A stretch of 24,404 nucleotides of DNA. Origin: Treponema sp. Lineage in GTDB: Bacteria > Spirochaetota > Spirochaetia > Treponematales > Breznakiellaceae. Made by a program: the position numbers and the translations under genes. The stretch covers positions 1-24,404 of the forward strand of contig JAITEW010000376.1 of NCBI GenBank assembly GCA_031281855.1, in the 5' to 3' direction. Positions 15,503-24,330 of this stretch are shown here, in pieces (the first letter of the stretch is position 1; each line of letters opens with the position of its first letter). The notes below the pieces were generated by a model. The model had not been told where the DNA came from, did no database searches, and worked only from the letters and a program-made list of their open reading frames with translations.

Positions 15503-16771
15503 TCAGTTAGTCCCGGTTTTTCCCATAGCGAAGGCGCCGCCGGAAGGCTCGGCATCGCCATTGCCATTACCTCCAAAGCCGCGGTAACGGATGCTGGGAG
15601 GAACGTCCAAATCATCTTCGGCATAGCCGGAGTTCCGGTAAGGAAGGCATCCGACTACCTTGGTCTTTCCTGTCATCTGCTGGTACTCGGTACTGGAAAC
15701 ATTATCGTCCCCGTTTTTGACAATCTCTATTTTGGCGACTTTGTTTTCTTTTTCTGCCAGCTTTGATCTAAAGCCGGTAGCTATCACCGTTACCCTGACG
15801 CGGTCTTCCAGTTCGGGATTAAAATAGAGTCCTGCGATTATATTGGCGTCAGGATCCGCATCGGCGGTAATGCGCTCTACAATGTCGTTGTATTCCACTA
15901 TGGGAAATTCCTTGGAACCGGCCACATAGATCAGCATCGCCTTGGCGCCATCAATGGAAATGTCTTCCAAAATGGGGTTGTCCATGGCGTTGGAAACCGC
16001 TTCATCGACCTTGTTCTCGCCGGAACCGTAACCGATGGACATAAGGGCGTCGCCTTTGTCCTTCATAACCGTCACAGCGTCGGCGAAGTCTATATTGATA
16101 AACCCGGTCTCGATGATGAGGTCCGATATCCCCTGGACGCCCTGGCGGAGCACGTCGTCGGCTTTCCCAAAGGCCTCCAGGCACGAGGTGGTACACTCCG
16201 CGTTGTCGAGAAGTTTCTGGTTAGGAATCACAATGAGCGTATCCACTTCTCCCCGCAGTTTGGCGATGCCTTCTTCGGCTATCCGCATCCTGTTGGACCG
16301 TTCATAGTTGAAGGGCTTGGTAACTACCGCCACAGTAAGGGCCCCAAGGTCCTTTGCTATTTTGGCGATAACCGGAGCCGAACCGGTGCCTGTCCCCCCG
16401 CCCATGCCGGCGGTAATGAATACCATGTCCGCGCCTTTGAGCAATTCCCGGATCTGCTCCTCGTTTTCAAGAGCCGCCTTTTCACCCGTAGCAGGGTCCC
16501 CGCCGGCGCCCCTTCCCTGGGTGAGTTTAACGCCGATTTGCAGCTTGATGTCAGCATTGCTTTTGCCAAGGTCCTTGATGTCCGTATTGACAGCGATAAA
16601 CTTGACGCCTTTGATGCCGTACCGGATCATCCCGTTCACGGCATTGGAGCCGCCGCCGCCGGTCCCGACGACCACGATGCTTACAGGCTGCTGTTCCCAA
16701 TCAGGAACTCCGGCTGAGACAGACGCCGGCTGCTGCTGTGTTTCCCGCTCTTCGAGCACTTTGATAGTCAT
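15503..16771 (-). CDS. ftsZ: Cell division protein FtsZ
   Basis: [12 protein letters not shown], tubulin signature [14 protein letters not shown]7 loop [17 protein letters not shown]-terminal [10 protein letters not shown]. Start ATG 16771 with GGGAGGGG RBS. Confidence 0.97.
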   Translation of the reverse strand: MTIKVLEERETQQQPASVSAGVPDWEQQPVSIVVVGTGGGGSNAVNGMIRYGIKGVKFIAVNTDIKDLGKSNADIKLQIGVKLTQGRGAGGDPATGEKAALENEEQIRELLKGADMVFITAGMGGGTGTGSAPVIAKIAKDLGALTVAVVTKPFNYERSNRMRIAEEGIAKLRGEVDTLIVIPNQKLLDNAECTTSCLEAFGKADDVLRQGVQGISDLIIETGFINIDFADAVTVMKDKGDALMSIGYGSGENKVDEAVSNAMDNPILEDISIDGAKAMLIYVAGSKEFPIVEYNDIVERITADADPDANIIAGLYFNPELEDRVRVTVIATGFRSKLAEKENKVAKIEIVKNGDDNVSSTEYQQMTGKTKVVGCLPYRNSGYAEDDLDVPPSIRYRGFGGNGNGDAEPSGGAFAMGKTGTN

Positions 16772-16801
16772 AATCCCCTCCCAAATCACTTGTTTTATGT
16801 T

Positions 16802-16815
16802 CCCCAAACCTGGGG
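16802..16815 (-). repeat. Short GC-rich hairpin immediately after the ftsA stop
   Basis: The mRNA reads CCCCA-GGUU-UGGGG (5-bp stem, 4-nt loop), 1 nt after the ftsA TAA. Confidence 0.5.
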
Positions 16816-16816
16816 G

Positions 16817-18079
16817 TTAAAAAAATTCCTTCTTAAGCCAGTCCATAAGTTTATCCCAGAAAGGCTCCCCTCCTTTATCCCTGGGCCGTATGTCCCCTGC
16901 GGGGCTGCCGGCGTCCTGGCCTTCACGGTCAAACCCCTCAAGGACCAGGCCCACAGCGGTGGCGAACGCGGGGTTCTGGTACTCCGCCACCAAGCCCCCT
17001 TCGGAATGAGGGACCCCTACCCTTACAGGGGAACCGAAAACCTGGGCCGCAAGTTCCGGGGCTCCCAAAAGCTGGGCTCCGCCGCCGGTGAGCACTATCC
17101 CGGCTCCCAGGGGCCGGTTCAGGGAAAGCTTGTCCAGCCTTTCCTTTACCATCTTGAAAATCTCCTCCATACGGGGGGAGATAACAGCCAGTATCTCTGA
17201 CCGCGGAATAGGCTGAGGCGGCCTTCCGCCTACGCCGGGGATAAGGATGTCGCTGTTCTCTTCAAGAAAAGGCTCCCAGCAACAGCCTGCTTCAAGCTTT
17301 ATTTTTTCCGCGTATTCAGGAGATATGTTTTTCAAAATTGATATGTCGCTGGTAACCTGGGCGCCTCCGGCGGGAATGGTAGTGGTGGAATACGGCGCCC
17401 CTTCGATATAGACCAGCACGTCCGTTGTCCCGCCTCCCAGGTCGATAAGCACCACGCCTAGTTCCTTTTCTTCAGGTGAAAGGACAGCACGGCCCGCGGC
17501 CAGGGACTGGAGCACCAGATCGTTGACACGGAACCCGGCGCGGTTGACGCATTTGATAAGGTTCTGGGCCCCTGTAACCGAACAGGTGATGATATGCACC
17601 TCAGCCTCAAGACGCACCCCGATCATGTCCAGAGGATCCCTGACGCCTTTCTGATCGTCTACGATGTAGCTCTGGGGTATCACTTCCAGGATCTGGCGGT
17701 CCATAGGAATAACCACCGCCCTGGCGGCTTCGAGGACCCGTTCCACGTCTTCCTTGCCTATCTCCCGGGTTTCCCGGTTCCTCCCGGTAACCGCCACCAC
17801 CCCCCGGGAATTGATCCCGTCAATATGGCTTCCTCCGATGCCGGTCCAGCAGTTGTGCACCTCCCTGCCGCTCATCATCTCGGCCTTTTCCACAGCAGAA
17901 CCTATGGATCTGAGGGTAGCCTCAATATTGACTACTACCCCTTTTTTAAGGCCCGTAGAGGGGCTGGCGCCTATACCGGTGATTTCCAGCTTTCCGGTTT
18001 CAATATTGCGTTCGCCTATAACGGCGCAGACTTTGGTTGTGCCGATATCAAGACCGACAAACAAATCTTCAGTACTCAG
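16817..18079 (-). CDS. ftsA: Cell division protein FtsA (probable CTG start at 18079; track TTG at 18064)
   Basis: [56 protein letters not shown] lies 6 nt upstream of an in-frame CTG. Confidence 0.95.
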   Translation of the reverse strand: MSTEDLFVGLDIGTTKVCAVIGERNIETGKLEITGIGASPSTGLKKGVVVNIEATLRSIGSAVEKAEMMSGREVHNCWTGIGGSHIDGINSRGVVAVTGRNRETREIGKEDVERVLEAARAVVIPMDRQILEVIPQSYIVDDQKGVRDPLDMIGVRLEAEVHIITCSVTGAQNLIKCVNRAGFRVNDLVLQSLAAGRAVLSPEEKELGVVLIDLGGGTTDVLVYIEGAPYSTTTIPAGGAQVTSDISILKNISPEYAEKIKLEAGCCWEPFLEENSDILIPGVGGRPPQPIPRSEILAVISPRMEEIFKMVKERLDKLSLNRPLGAGIVLTGGGAQLLGAPELAAQVFGSPVRVGVPHSEGGLVAEYQNPAFATAVGLVLEGFDREGQDAGSPAGDIRPRDKGGEPFWDKLMDWLKKEFF

Positions 18080-18893
18080 AGGAAGCCTCCTTCAGGGTAT
18101 ACGCCACCGTTCCTGCCCGGAAATCAATATCGCCGACTCCGGGCTCCTTTGCCGCCAGGACATCCACCGTCAACAGGGTATAGCGGAGCAGATCTTCGTT
18201 CAATTCAGAAAGACGGACCCTTATCTGTTTATGGACAGGATAAAGGATTAAATCAAAACCGTCAAAGGATTTGCGGCTAATGCGGATCTCCGAGACAGCA
18301 GCCAGCAATTCCGGGGCGTTCATACTGATGGATTCAATAGCGGAAAAAACGGAAACAAACATAGCCGGAAGCCGCATGCCCGGAACAGGGTCCTCGATTA
18401 CCAGCCCGGAAACCACCGGGAGTTCCGGGATTGTTTCCGGGTACGTTCCTGATCCTACCTGGAAAATGACCCCTGTAGCATCAAAAAACACCGGCACCGC
18501 TATTCCGCCGCTGCCTGCCAGGGCCATTGCCGCAGGGCTGCGGCCTTCGAGGATTATTTCCAGCTTGTCAGGAAAATGCTTAAAAACCCGGGCCGTCCTG
18601 ATCTGCGGCAGCGCCCGGAGGCGTTGTTCGGCATCCCGGACATTAACGGAAATGAACGACGACTGTACGCCGATTCCCGCAAGGGCCAGTATGTGCTCCC
18701 GGCTCAGCCCTCCGGCAGGAGAGACATTTATACGCGAAAAAGGCATGAACGGCGTAATGCCCAAAAGCCAGATCAGTTCCGCCCCTGCGGCAAAGCAGAC
18801 AGCCATGATGATCCATTTAGGAACTTTGTCGAATCTCGCGCCGGATTCCCGGACCCCGGCGGTATCCCTGGAGTACATATAATCCCCCGGCAT
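18069..18893 (-). CDS. ftsQ: Cell division protein FtsQ/DivIB
   Basis: Single N-terminal TM, POTRA-like segment (ILALAGI...LRALPQIRTARVFKHFPDKLEIILEGR), C-terminal IDFR; lies between ftsW and ftsA; GGAGG RBS. Confidence 0.88.
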   Translation of the reverse strand: MPGDYMYSRDTAGVRESGARFDKVPKWIIMAVCFAAGAELIWLLGITPFMPFSRINVSPAGGLSREHILALAGIGVQSSFISVNVRDAEQRLRALPQIRTARVFKHFPDKLEIILEGRSPAAMALAGSGGIAVPVFFDATGVIFQVGSGTYPETIPELPVVSGLVIEDPVPGMRLPAMFVSVFSAIESISMNAPELLAAVSEIRISRKSFDGFDLILYPVHKQIRVRLSELNEDLLRYTLLTVDVLAAKEPGVGDIDFRAGTVAYTLKEASSEY

Positions 18894-18894
18894 G

Positions 18895-20049
18895 CTACGC
18901 CTCCGGCCTGGCCGCGCGGGCCGCGAAAACAGGCGCCCGGGTCCTGGAAATATTGACCACCAGCCCCGCCATAAGGAGCGTAGTCGCCAAAGACGATCCT
19001 CCGGCTGAAAAAAACGGCAGCGGGAGGCCCGTAGCAGGGACCGCCCCGGCGACTACCGCGATATTGAGGAGGACCTGGGAAACAATCATAGTCACCAGCC
19101 CGAAGCCCAGAAGCCTTGAAAAAACTTTTTCGTTTCCCAACACAGCCCGGTATCCCCTGAAGGCGAAGACCGCGAAAAGGAGGACAAAAAGCAGAATCCC
19201 CAGAAAACCGGCTTCTTCGGCGAATGCTGAAAAAATAAAGTCCGAATGGATCTCAGGGACGCTGGCAACCTTCCTGGTCCCCTCTCCTATGCCTTTGCCC
19301 CAGAACCCGCCGGAACTCACGGAAGTCACCGAAGACCTGACCTGGTAGCCCGCTCCCTGGGGGTCCCAGTCGGGGAGGAAGAAACTTATGACCCTGCGGA
19401 ACCGGTGTTCTTTGGTTAAAACAAGGAGGGCCGATATAGGAAGGAGTATAAACACGGCGCTGAAGAAGTAACGGAATTTAACGCCAGCGAGGAAAAAGAT
19501 AAAAAGGGCGTTCAGAGCGATAAAAAGAGCTGTGGAAAAATTATTTTGCAAATATATCAGAAGGGAAAAGAGCGTGGTTATCATAATCGGAGGGAGTATG
19601 CCCTTGGAGAAGCGGTCTATTTCGGAACCCTTCTTGTCGAAGATATGCGCCAGGTAGAGGGGCAGCACCAGCTTAACCAGCTCTGAAGGCTGATACGTCC
19701 AGGAACCCAGGTGTATCCACCTGGAAGCGCCGTTTTTGGAAACCCCGATGCCCGGAACAAACGTAAGGCAGCAGAGAATAACCGTCCCGATCACCAGGGG
19801 CTTAACCAGTTTGCGGAGAAATTCCAGCTTAATATGCGCAGCTACGAAGAAGAGCGCCAGCCCCACGGCGCCAAGGGTAACCTGGCGGGTGAAAAAATAG
19901 AGGCCGTCTCCGAAGAACTGTTCGGCAAAACCGAAAGATGAGGAATAGAGCGTAACCAGCCCCAGTCCGGTAAGGAGCAAAACAGAGGCTATTAAAACAT
20001 GATCTCCCTGCCGCCTGACAGCCGGCATTTCCGCTTCAAATTGGCTCAT
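18895..20049 (-). CDS. ftsW: SEDS peptidoglycan polymerase FtsW
   Basis: Polytopic; GASRWI, QPSELVK, GAGYQ, PEIHSDFIF, TGLPLPFFSAGGSS; dcw context. Confidence 0.94.
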   Translation of the reverse strand: MSQFEAEMPAVRRQGDHVLIASVLLLTGLGLVTLYSSSFGFAEQFFGDGLYFFTRQVTLGAVGLALFFVAAHIKLEFLRKLVKPLVIGTVILCCLTFVPGIGVSKNGASRWIHLGSWTYQPSELVKLVLPLYLAHIFDKKGSEIDRFSKGILPPIMITTLFSLLIYLQNNFSTALFIALNALFIFFLAGVKFRYFFSAVFILLPISALLVLTKEHRFRRVISFFLPDWDPQGAGYQVRSSVTSVSSGGFWGKGIGEGTRKVASVPEIHSDFIFSAFAEEAGFLGILLFVLLFAVFAFRGYRAVLGNEKVFSRLLGFGLVTMIVSQVLLNIAVVAGAVPATGLPLPFFSAGGSSLATTLLMAGLVVNISRTRAPVFAARAARPEA

Positions 20050-20059
20050 AGTTCCCCCC

Positions 20060-21139
20060 TTATTGGATCTTCAGCGTCGAAAGCGCGATGATCGCAAACA
20101 GCCCTCCAAGAATCCAGAAACGTATAACCACCTTGTTTTCGGCCCATCCGGACAGTTCAAAATGATGATGAAGAGGCGCCATTTTGAACACCCGTTTCTT
20201 CCTGAGTTTGTAGGAAGCGACCTGCAGGATATCCGAAATAACTTCCAGGACAAAAACCCCGCCGATAATGAGGAGCAGAATCTCCTTCTTGATAATAAGG
20301 GAGATAACCGCGATCACACCGCCAAGGGACAGACTGCCTACGTCTCCCATAAAAACCTCAGCAGGGTGGGCGTTAAACCAGAGGAAGCCGACGCAGGCCC
20401 CTACGGCTGCGAGGCAGAACACCGTCAGTTCCCCTGCGCCGGTGATGTAGGGAATTCCAAGGTACGACGAATAATCGGCCCTGCCTGAAAGATAGGTCAG
20501 GATAGTAAGGGTGATGAACACCAGGATAAGGAGCCCTGCCAAAAGGCCGTCCAGGCCGTCCGAGATATTCACCGCATTGGATTCGCCGACAATAAGGAGG
20601 ATCCCGAAAGGTATCCACAGGACGCCCAGGTCCGCTACGGGATTTTTGAAAAACGGGACGTAAAGTTCGGTTATCCCCTCGGTGCCTGAGAAATAGAGTA
20701 TGAGCATTATCACCGCGGCCACAACGAACTGCCCAGCGAGCTTAGCCCACGCAGGAAGGCCGTCTGAGTTATGGCGGGTTACTTTGAGGTAGTCATCGAT
20801 AAAGCCGATAAGGCCAAAAGCCCCGAAAGCCCCCAGGGTAACCAGAACCTTGATATTATCCAGATCCATCCAGAGCAGCATGGAAACAGCCACGGAAAGG
20901 ATGATAAAGATGCCTCCCATTGTGGGGGTTCCGCTTTTTTTCAGGTGGCTTGCGGGGCCGTCTTCCCTTATGGACTGGCCTACTTTGAGCCGCCTTAAAG
21001 CTTCGATGATCCTGGGGCCGAAGATGAAGCATATAAGCAACGTGGTAAGCGCGGCATAGGCTCCCCGGAAGGTCAGGTACTGGAATACGTTGAAAGGGGT
21101 AAAGTATTTAACCAGCGGATAGACAAATTCCAAAAACAT
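20060..21139 (-). CDS. mraY: Phospho-N-acetylmuramoyl-pentapeptide transferase MraY
   Basis: KSGTPTMGG, IGFIDDYLK, NAVNISDGLDGL, FMGDVGSL, MAPLHHHFEL. Confidence 0.97.
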   Translation of the reverse strand: MFLEFVYPLVKYFTPFNVFQYLTFRGAYAALTTLLICFIFGPRIIEALRRLKVGQSIREDGPASHLKKSGTPTMGGIFIILSVAVSMLLWMDLDNIKVLVTLGAFGAFGLIGFIDDYLKVTRHNSDGLPAWAKLAGQFVVAAVIMLILYFSGTEGITELYVPFFKNPVADLGVLWIPFGILLIVGESNAVNISDGLDGLLAGLLILVFITLTILTYLSGRADYSSYLGIPYITGAGELTVFCLAAVGACVGFLWFNAHPAEVFMGDVGSLSLGGVIAVISLIIKKEILLLIIGGVFVLEVISDILQVASYKLRKKRVFKMAPLHHHFELSGWAENKVVIRFWILGGLFAIIALSTLKIQ

Positions 21140-22558
21140 TTAAAACCCTCCCCTCTGGAGCGCCATAGCCGGTTCTCCGGTCAGAATCCCGGTGAGCTGT
21201 TCCAGGGCGCAGCCCCGGGAACCTTTCAATAAAACCAGATCCCCCGGGCGTATATACTGTTCCAGAACTTCTTCCAGATCCTCCATGGCTTCTGTATGGA
21301 AAAAAGGAAAAGCCCTGGAAGCCAGCACGGCGGCGGTGGTTTCCGTTTCGGCGCCGTAGAGGAAAACTTTTTCCGCCAAAGAAGACGCCAAAACGCGGCC
21401 GATACGGCGGTGGGCTTCGCCGGAATTCCGGCCAAGTTCCAGCATAGAGCCGATGACATAGACCCTCCTGCCTGGCCAGTCCAGGCTGTCGCAGAATTCC
21501 ACGGCAGCTTCCAGGCTTTCGGGATTCGAGTTGTAGCAGTCCCTGACAACCGTCACTTTCCCGGGAACGATCTCCCCTCTGCCGAAGAGGGGCCTTACCG
21601 ATTCGAGGCCCCGCTGTATCCTTTCGGCGCTTACACCCAGCTCCCTGGCTATAGCCAGGGCGGCGAAGGCGTTTTTCAGGTTGAATTTTCCCGGAAGGCC
21701 GAAACGGCAAAGGCGGCCGTCCCAGTTTATTTCGCTCCCTTCAAGGCCCAGATCCCTGGAACCTTTCAGTTCAGGGAAATTTCCGGGCCCGTACATGACG
21801 ACCCTTCCCTTTACACCCTGGGAAAGAAAACCGGCGTACTCATCCTCTTCAGGGATCAGGGCGGTTTCGTTTCCGCTGAACCTGGAAAAAATATTTTTTT
21901 TCTCCTCAGCTATCGCCCCTTTAGTGCCGAGAATTCCAATATGGGCAGAACCGATGTTAGTGATAAGCGCGAGGCCAGGTTTAAGCACCCCTGCGAGTTC
22001 GGAGATTTCCCCCTTGCGGTTCATCCCCATTTCAAAGATGCCCGCTTCATGTTCCTGCCGGACCTTAAACACCGAAAGGGGCAGCCCGGTTTCGGAATTG
22101 AGGTTCCCTGTGTTCACAACAGTCTTTTTTTCCTGCCCCACAAGGGCCGCGGCGATTTCCTTGGTCGTAGTCTTCCCGGAAGAACCGGTAATGCCCACCC
22201 GAAGGAGCCTGGGGAACTTATCGAGATAGGCCCCGGCTATACTTTGCAGCCCCTTAAGCGTGTCTTCCACGATAATGAGGAGTTTATTGTACCGCCGCGC
22301 CAAAGCGGCCAGGCTCAGAGAAGGATCTTCCATCTTTGAACGGGCGACAAGAGCGCTCCCGGCGCCGGCGCGGAAGGCGTCTTCGATGAAACGGTGGCCG
22401 TCATGAACCGCCCCAGGAAGGGCCGTAAAAAGGGAACCCCTTCCGGCAGTCCGCGAATCAATGGATACCGCGGTAAAACCTCCGGAAAAATCGGCTCCTT
22501 CCGGAAAACGCCCTCCTGCGGCTTGAGATGCTTCACAATAACTCATCAGCACGTCCAT
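21140..22558 (-). CDS. murF: UDP-MurNAc-tripeptide--D-Ala-D-Ala ligase MurF
   Basis: SIDSR, GITGSSGKTTTKE, NLNSETGLPLS, EMGMNRKGEI, DCYNSNPES, GSMLELG, LKGSRG. Start moved to ATG 22558 (AGGAG and GAGGT upstream). Confidence 0.95.
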   Translation of the reverse strand: MDVLMSYCEASQAAGGRFPEGADFSGGFTAVSIDSRTAGRGSLFTALPGAVHDGHRFIEDAFRAGAGSALVARSKMEDPSLSLAALARRYNKLLIIVEDTLKGLQSIAGAYLDKFPRLLRVGITGSSGKTTTKEIAAALVGQEKKTVVNTGNLNSETGLPLSVFKVRQEHEAGIFEMGMNRKGEISELAGVLKPGLALITNIGSAHIGILGTKGAIAEEKKNIFSRFSGNETALIPEEDEYAGFLSQGVKGRVVMYGPGNFPELKGSRDLGLEGSEINWDGRLCRFGLPGKFNLKNAFAALAIARELGVSAERIQRGLESVRPLFGRGEIVPGKVTVVRDCYNSNPESLEAAVEFCDSLDWPGRRVYVIGSMLELGRNSGEAHRRIGRVLASSLAEKVFLYGAETETTAAVLASRAFPFFHTEAMEDLEEVLEQYIRPGDLVLLKGSRGCALEQLTGILTGEPAMALQRGGF

Positions 22559-22571
22559 AAACCTCAAACTC

Positions 22572-22850
22572 CTACTTTTTTTCAATCCTGACCTGCAGAA
22601 CATCCTCTGGCTGTATTTTCGACAGCCCCAAGTCATGAAGAGCGATAGCTTCTATGCGCTCTGAAGATGAAAGAACGGCTATCCCCGCAATCAGCCGTTT
22701 GTTGCTCTCTACCCAGTCCTCCTGGACCGCCTCAAGACGCCTGACGTCCTTATCCAGTTCTGTGTACCGGAAAGACTGCCAGGCGGTAATGCCCAGGAGC
22801 AGGGGAATAGAGACCACTATAAAATAAAGAAACAAATACCGCCTAATCAT
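22572..22850 (-). CDS. ftsL: Cell division protein FtsL
   Basis: 92 aa with one N-terminal TM, a short coiled coil and LSSSERIEAIALHDLGL; ATGA overlap with rsmH, the canonical ftsL position. Confidence 0.85.
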   Translation of the reverse strand: MIRRYLFLYFIVVSIPLLLGITAWQSFRYTELDKDVRRLEAVQEDWVESNKRLIAGIAVLSSSERIEAIALHDLGLSKIQPEDVLQVRIEKK

Positions 22851-23797
22851 GATCCAACCTCATCCAGTACTTTTTCCACAGCCCGCAGCCTGGCGCTCCT
22901 TGACGGAGGATTCATCCTGATTTCCTCATCGCTTGGAGCGATCCCTTTCCGCGAGAGCAAGGTAACTACTCTGTTTCCTTTACACCTACATATCGGCTCT
23001 TCCGGGGGACAGATACAGTCCTTGTTCTTTTCCCGGAAAAAGTTCTTTACGATCCTGTCCTCAAGGGAATGGAAACTGATGATTCCCAGCCTCCCTCCGG
23101 GTTCAAGAACCTGCAAAGCCGCTTCCAAAAGATCCGGAAGCCTCGACAGCTCACTGTTCACCGCAATCCGCAGGGCCTGGAAGGCTCTGGTAGCAGGGTG
23201 CACCCATCCCCTGCGGTACTGGGGAGGCACCGCTTGTTCCACAATTTCCGCCAGCACCGCGGAACTCTTAACCGGCCCTGCCGCCCTGGCCTCGACAACG
23301 GCCCTGGCTATACGCCTGGAAAACCGCTCCCCTGCGTTATTGTACAGCAAGTCCGCCAGGTCCTTTTCCGGCAGCTTTGCGATTAAATCCGCAGCGCTGA
23401 AGCCGGAAGAAGTATCGATACGCATATCCAGGGGCTCGTCATAACGGAAACTGAAGCCCCTGCGGCTCTTCTCGTAGTGAAAAAGGCTCACTCCAAGGTC
23501 GATAAGTATCGTATCCGGCCTCTTGAGGGAAGCGGGATAACCGGCAAAAAAATCATGGGACCAGCCGGTATAAAACTGTATCCGGTCCCCGAAGCCCCCG
23601 AGCCTTTCCCGGGCCACCTTTTGGATATCAGGGTCCGCGTCTACGCCGATAATCCTGAGCTCCTTAAAGCGGGTCAAAAAAGCGAGGCTGTGGCCGCCTT
23701 CGCCGATAGTAGCGTCCACCATAAGCTCCCCTTCTTTTCTGGGGCCGAGGTACCGGATAGTTTCTTCCAGCAAAACCGGCGTATGAACCGCTTCCAT
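22847..23797 (-). CDS. rsmH: 16S rRNA m4C1402 methyltransferase RsmH (MraW)
   Basis: HTPVLL, DATIGEGGHS, DLGVS, PLDMR, HPATRAFQALRIAVNSEL, FHSLEDRIVK, NPPSRSARLR. Start is ATG 23797 or the adjacent TTG 23800. Confidence 0.96.
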   Translation of the reverse strand: MEAVHTPVLLEETIRYLGPRKEGELMVDATIGEGGHSLAFLTRFKELRIIGVDADPDIQKVARERLGGFGDRIQFYTGWSHDFFAGYPASLKRPDTILIDLGVSLFHYEKSRRGFSFRYDEPLDMRIDTSSGFSAADLIAKLPEKDLADLLYNNAGERFSRRIARAVVEARAAGPVKSSAVLAEIVEQAVPPQYRRGWVHPATRAFQALRIAVNSELSRLPDLLEAALQVLEPGGRLGIISFHSLEDRIVKNFFREKNKDCICPPEEPICRCKGNRVVTLLSRKGIAPSDEEIRMNPPSRSARLRAVEKVLDEVGS

Positions 23798-23812
23798 CAA
23801 ACAAACCCGCCT

Positions 23813-24247
23813 TTACGTAAACAGGGCCACAGGGCCCATTTTTTCCAGAACCTTCTGAAGCTCTTCATCATTAGCTTTGAGGAAGGCGTCATAACGTCCC
23901 GAATCCCAGAGCTCCAGGTGTTTCCTCGCTTCCAGGATCTTACAGTCCCTGGAAAGACCGGCAAAATCCCGCAGGCTCTGGGGAATGGCGATCCTTCCGG
24001 CTTTATCAATTTCCATCTCCACCATAGGAACGATGAACCTGTGCTGGATAATGATAGACTCCTTCATAGTGAGCGAAGGAGCGGCCATGAGTTTTTCCGA
24101 GAACACTTCCCACTCCTGAGGGGTAAACAGCCAAACGCTGTTTTCATTCCCTTTAGTGAGAATCAGGCTGTTAGCCTTTAGCCCGTTCCGGATGCGGGCC
24201 GGTAAACTTATCCGCCCTTTATCATCCAGAGTACTCAGATACTCCAT
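23813..24247 (-). CDS. mraZ: Transcriptional regulator MraZ
   Basis: Two AbrB-like repeats with DDKGRISLP and DKAGRIAIP, plus HLELWD; first gene of the dcw cluster; AGGA RBS upstream. Confidence 0.95.
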   Translation of the reverse strand: MEYLSTLDDKGRISLPARIRNGLKANSLILTKGNENSVWLFTPQEWEVFSEKLMAAPSLTMKESIIIQHRFIVPMVEMEIDKAGRIAIPQSLRDFAGLSRDCKILEARKHLELWDSGRYDAFLKANDEELQKVLEKMGPVALFT

Positions 24248-24276
24248 TCCATTTTTTCCTAAATTTTTCTATTTTC

Positions 24277-24293
24277 TACCACTCTATACCACT
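24277..24293 (-). promoter_or_regulatory. Putative MraZ operator: AGTGGTA direct repeats with 10-bp period
   Basis: The minus strand reads AGTGGTAtagAGTGGTA (24293-24287, 24283-24277), with a degenerate third unit AATAGAA at 24273-24267. Spaced GTGG/TGGG repeats are the established MraZ-box architecture. Confidence 0.7.
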
Positions 24294-24300
24294 TAGCAAT

Positions 24301-24330
24301 ATTATTATTCATAAATTAAAGTTCCGTCAA
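24301..24330 (-). promoter_or_regulatory. Putative sigma-70 promoter of the mraZ/dcw operon
   Basis: TTGACG (24330-24325), 18 nt, AATAAT (24306-24301): 5/6 matches at each box. An A/T-tract-rich, UP-like region lies upstream and the putative MraZ boxes lie just downstream. Confidence 0.65.

Noticed and set aside
15487-15624. Track N-terminal extension of XerD (similar extensions on xerC, murF, ftsZ, dprA, flgB)
   Set aside because: These extensions mostly run back into the upstream gene or lack an SD; downstream starts fit RBS position and family length better.
495-24181. Many long plus-strand ORFs (e.g. 4489-5265, 5507-6433, 6485-7555, 7629-8336, 13727-14398, 14710-15489, 17594-18280, 21296-22339, 23477-24181)
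   Set aside because: All lie antisense to well-supported conserved genes and show no recognisable motifs. They are the expected shadow ORFs of GC-rich coding DNA.
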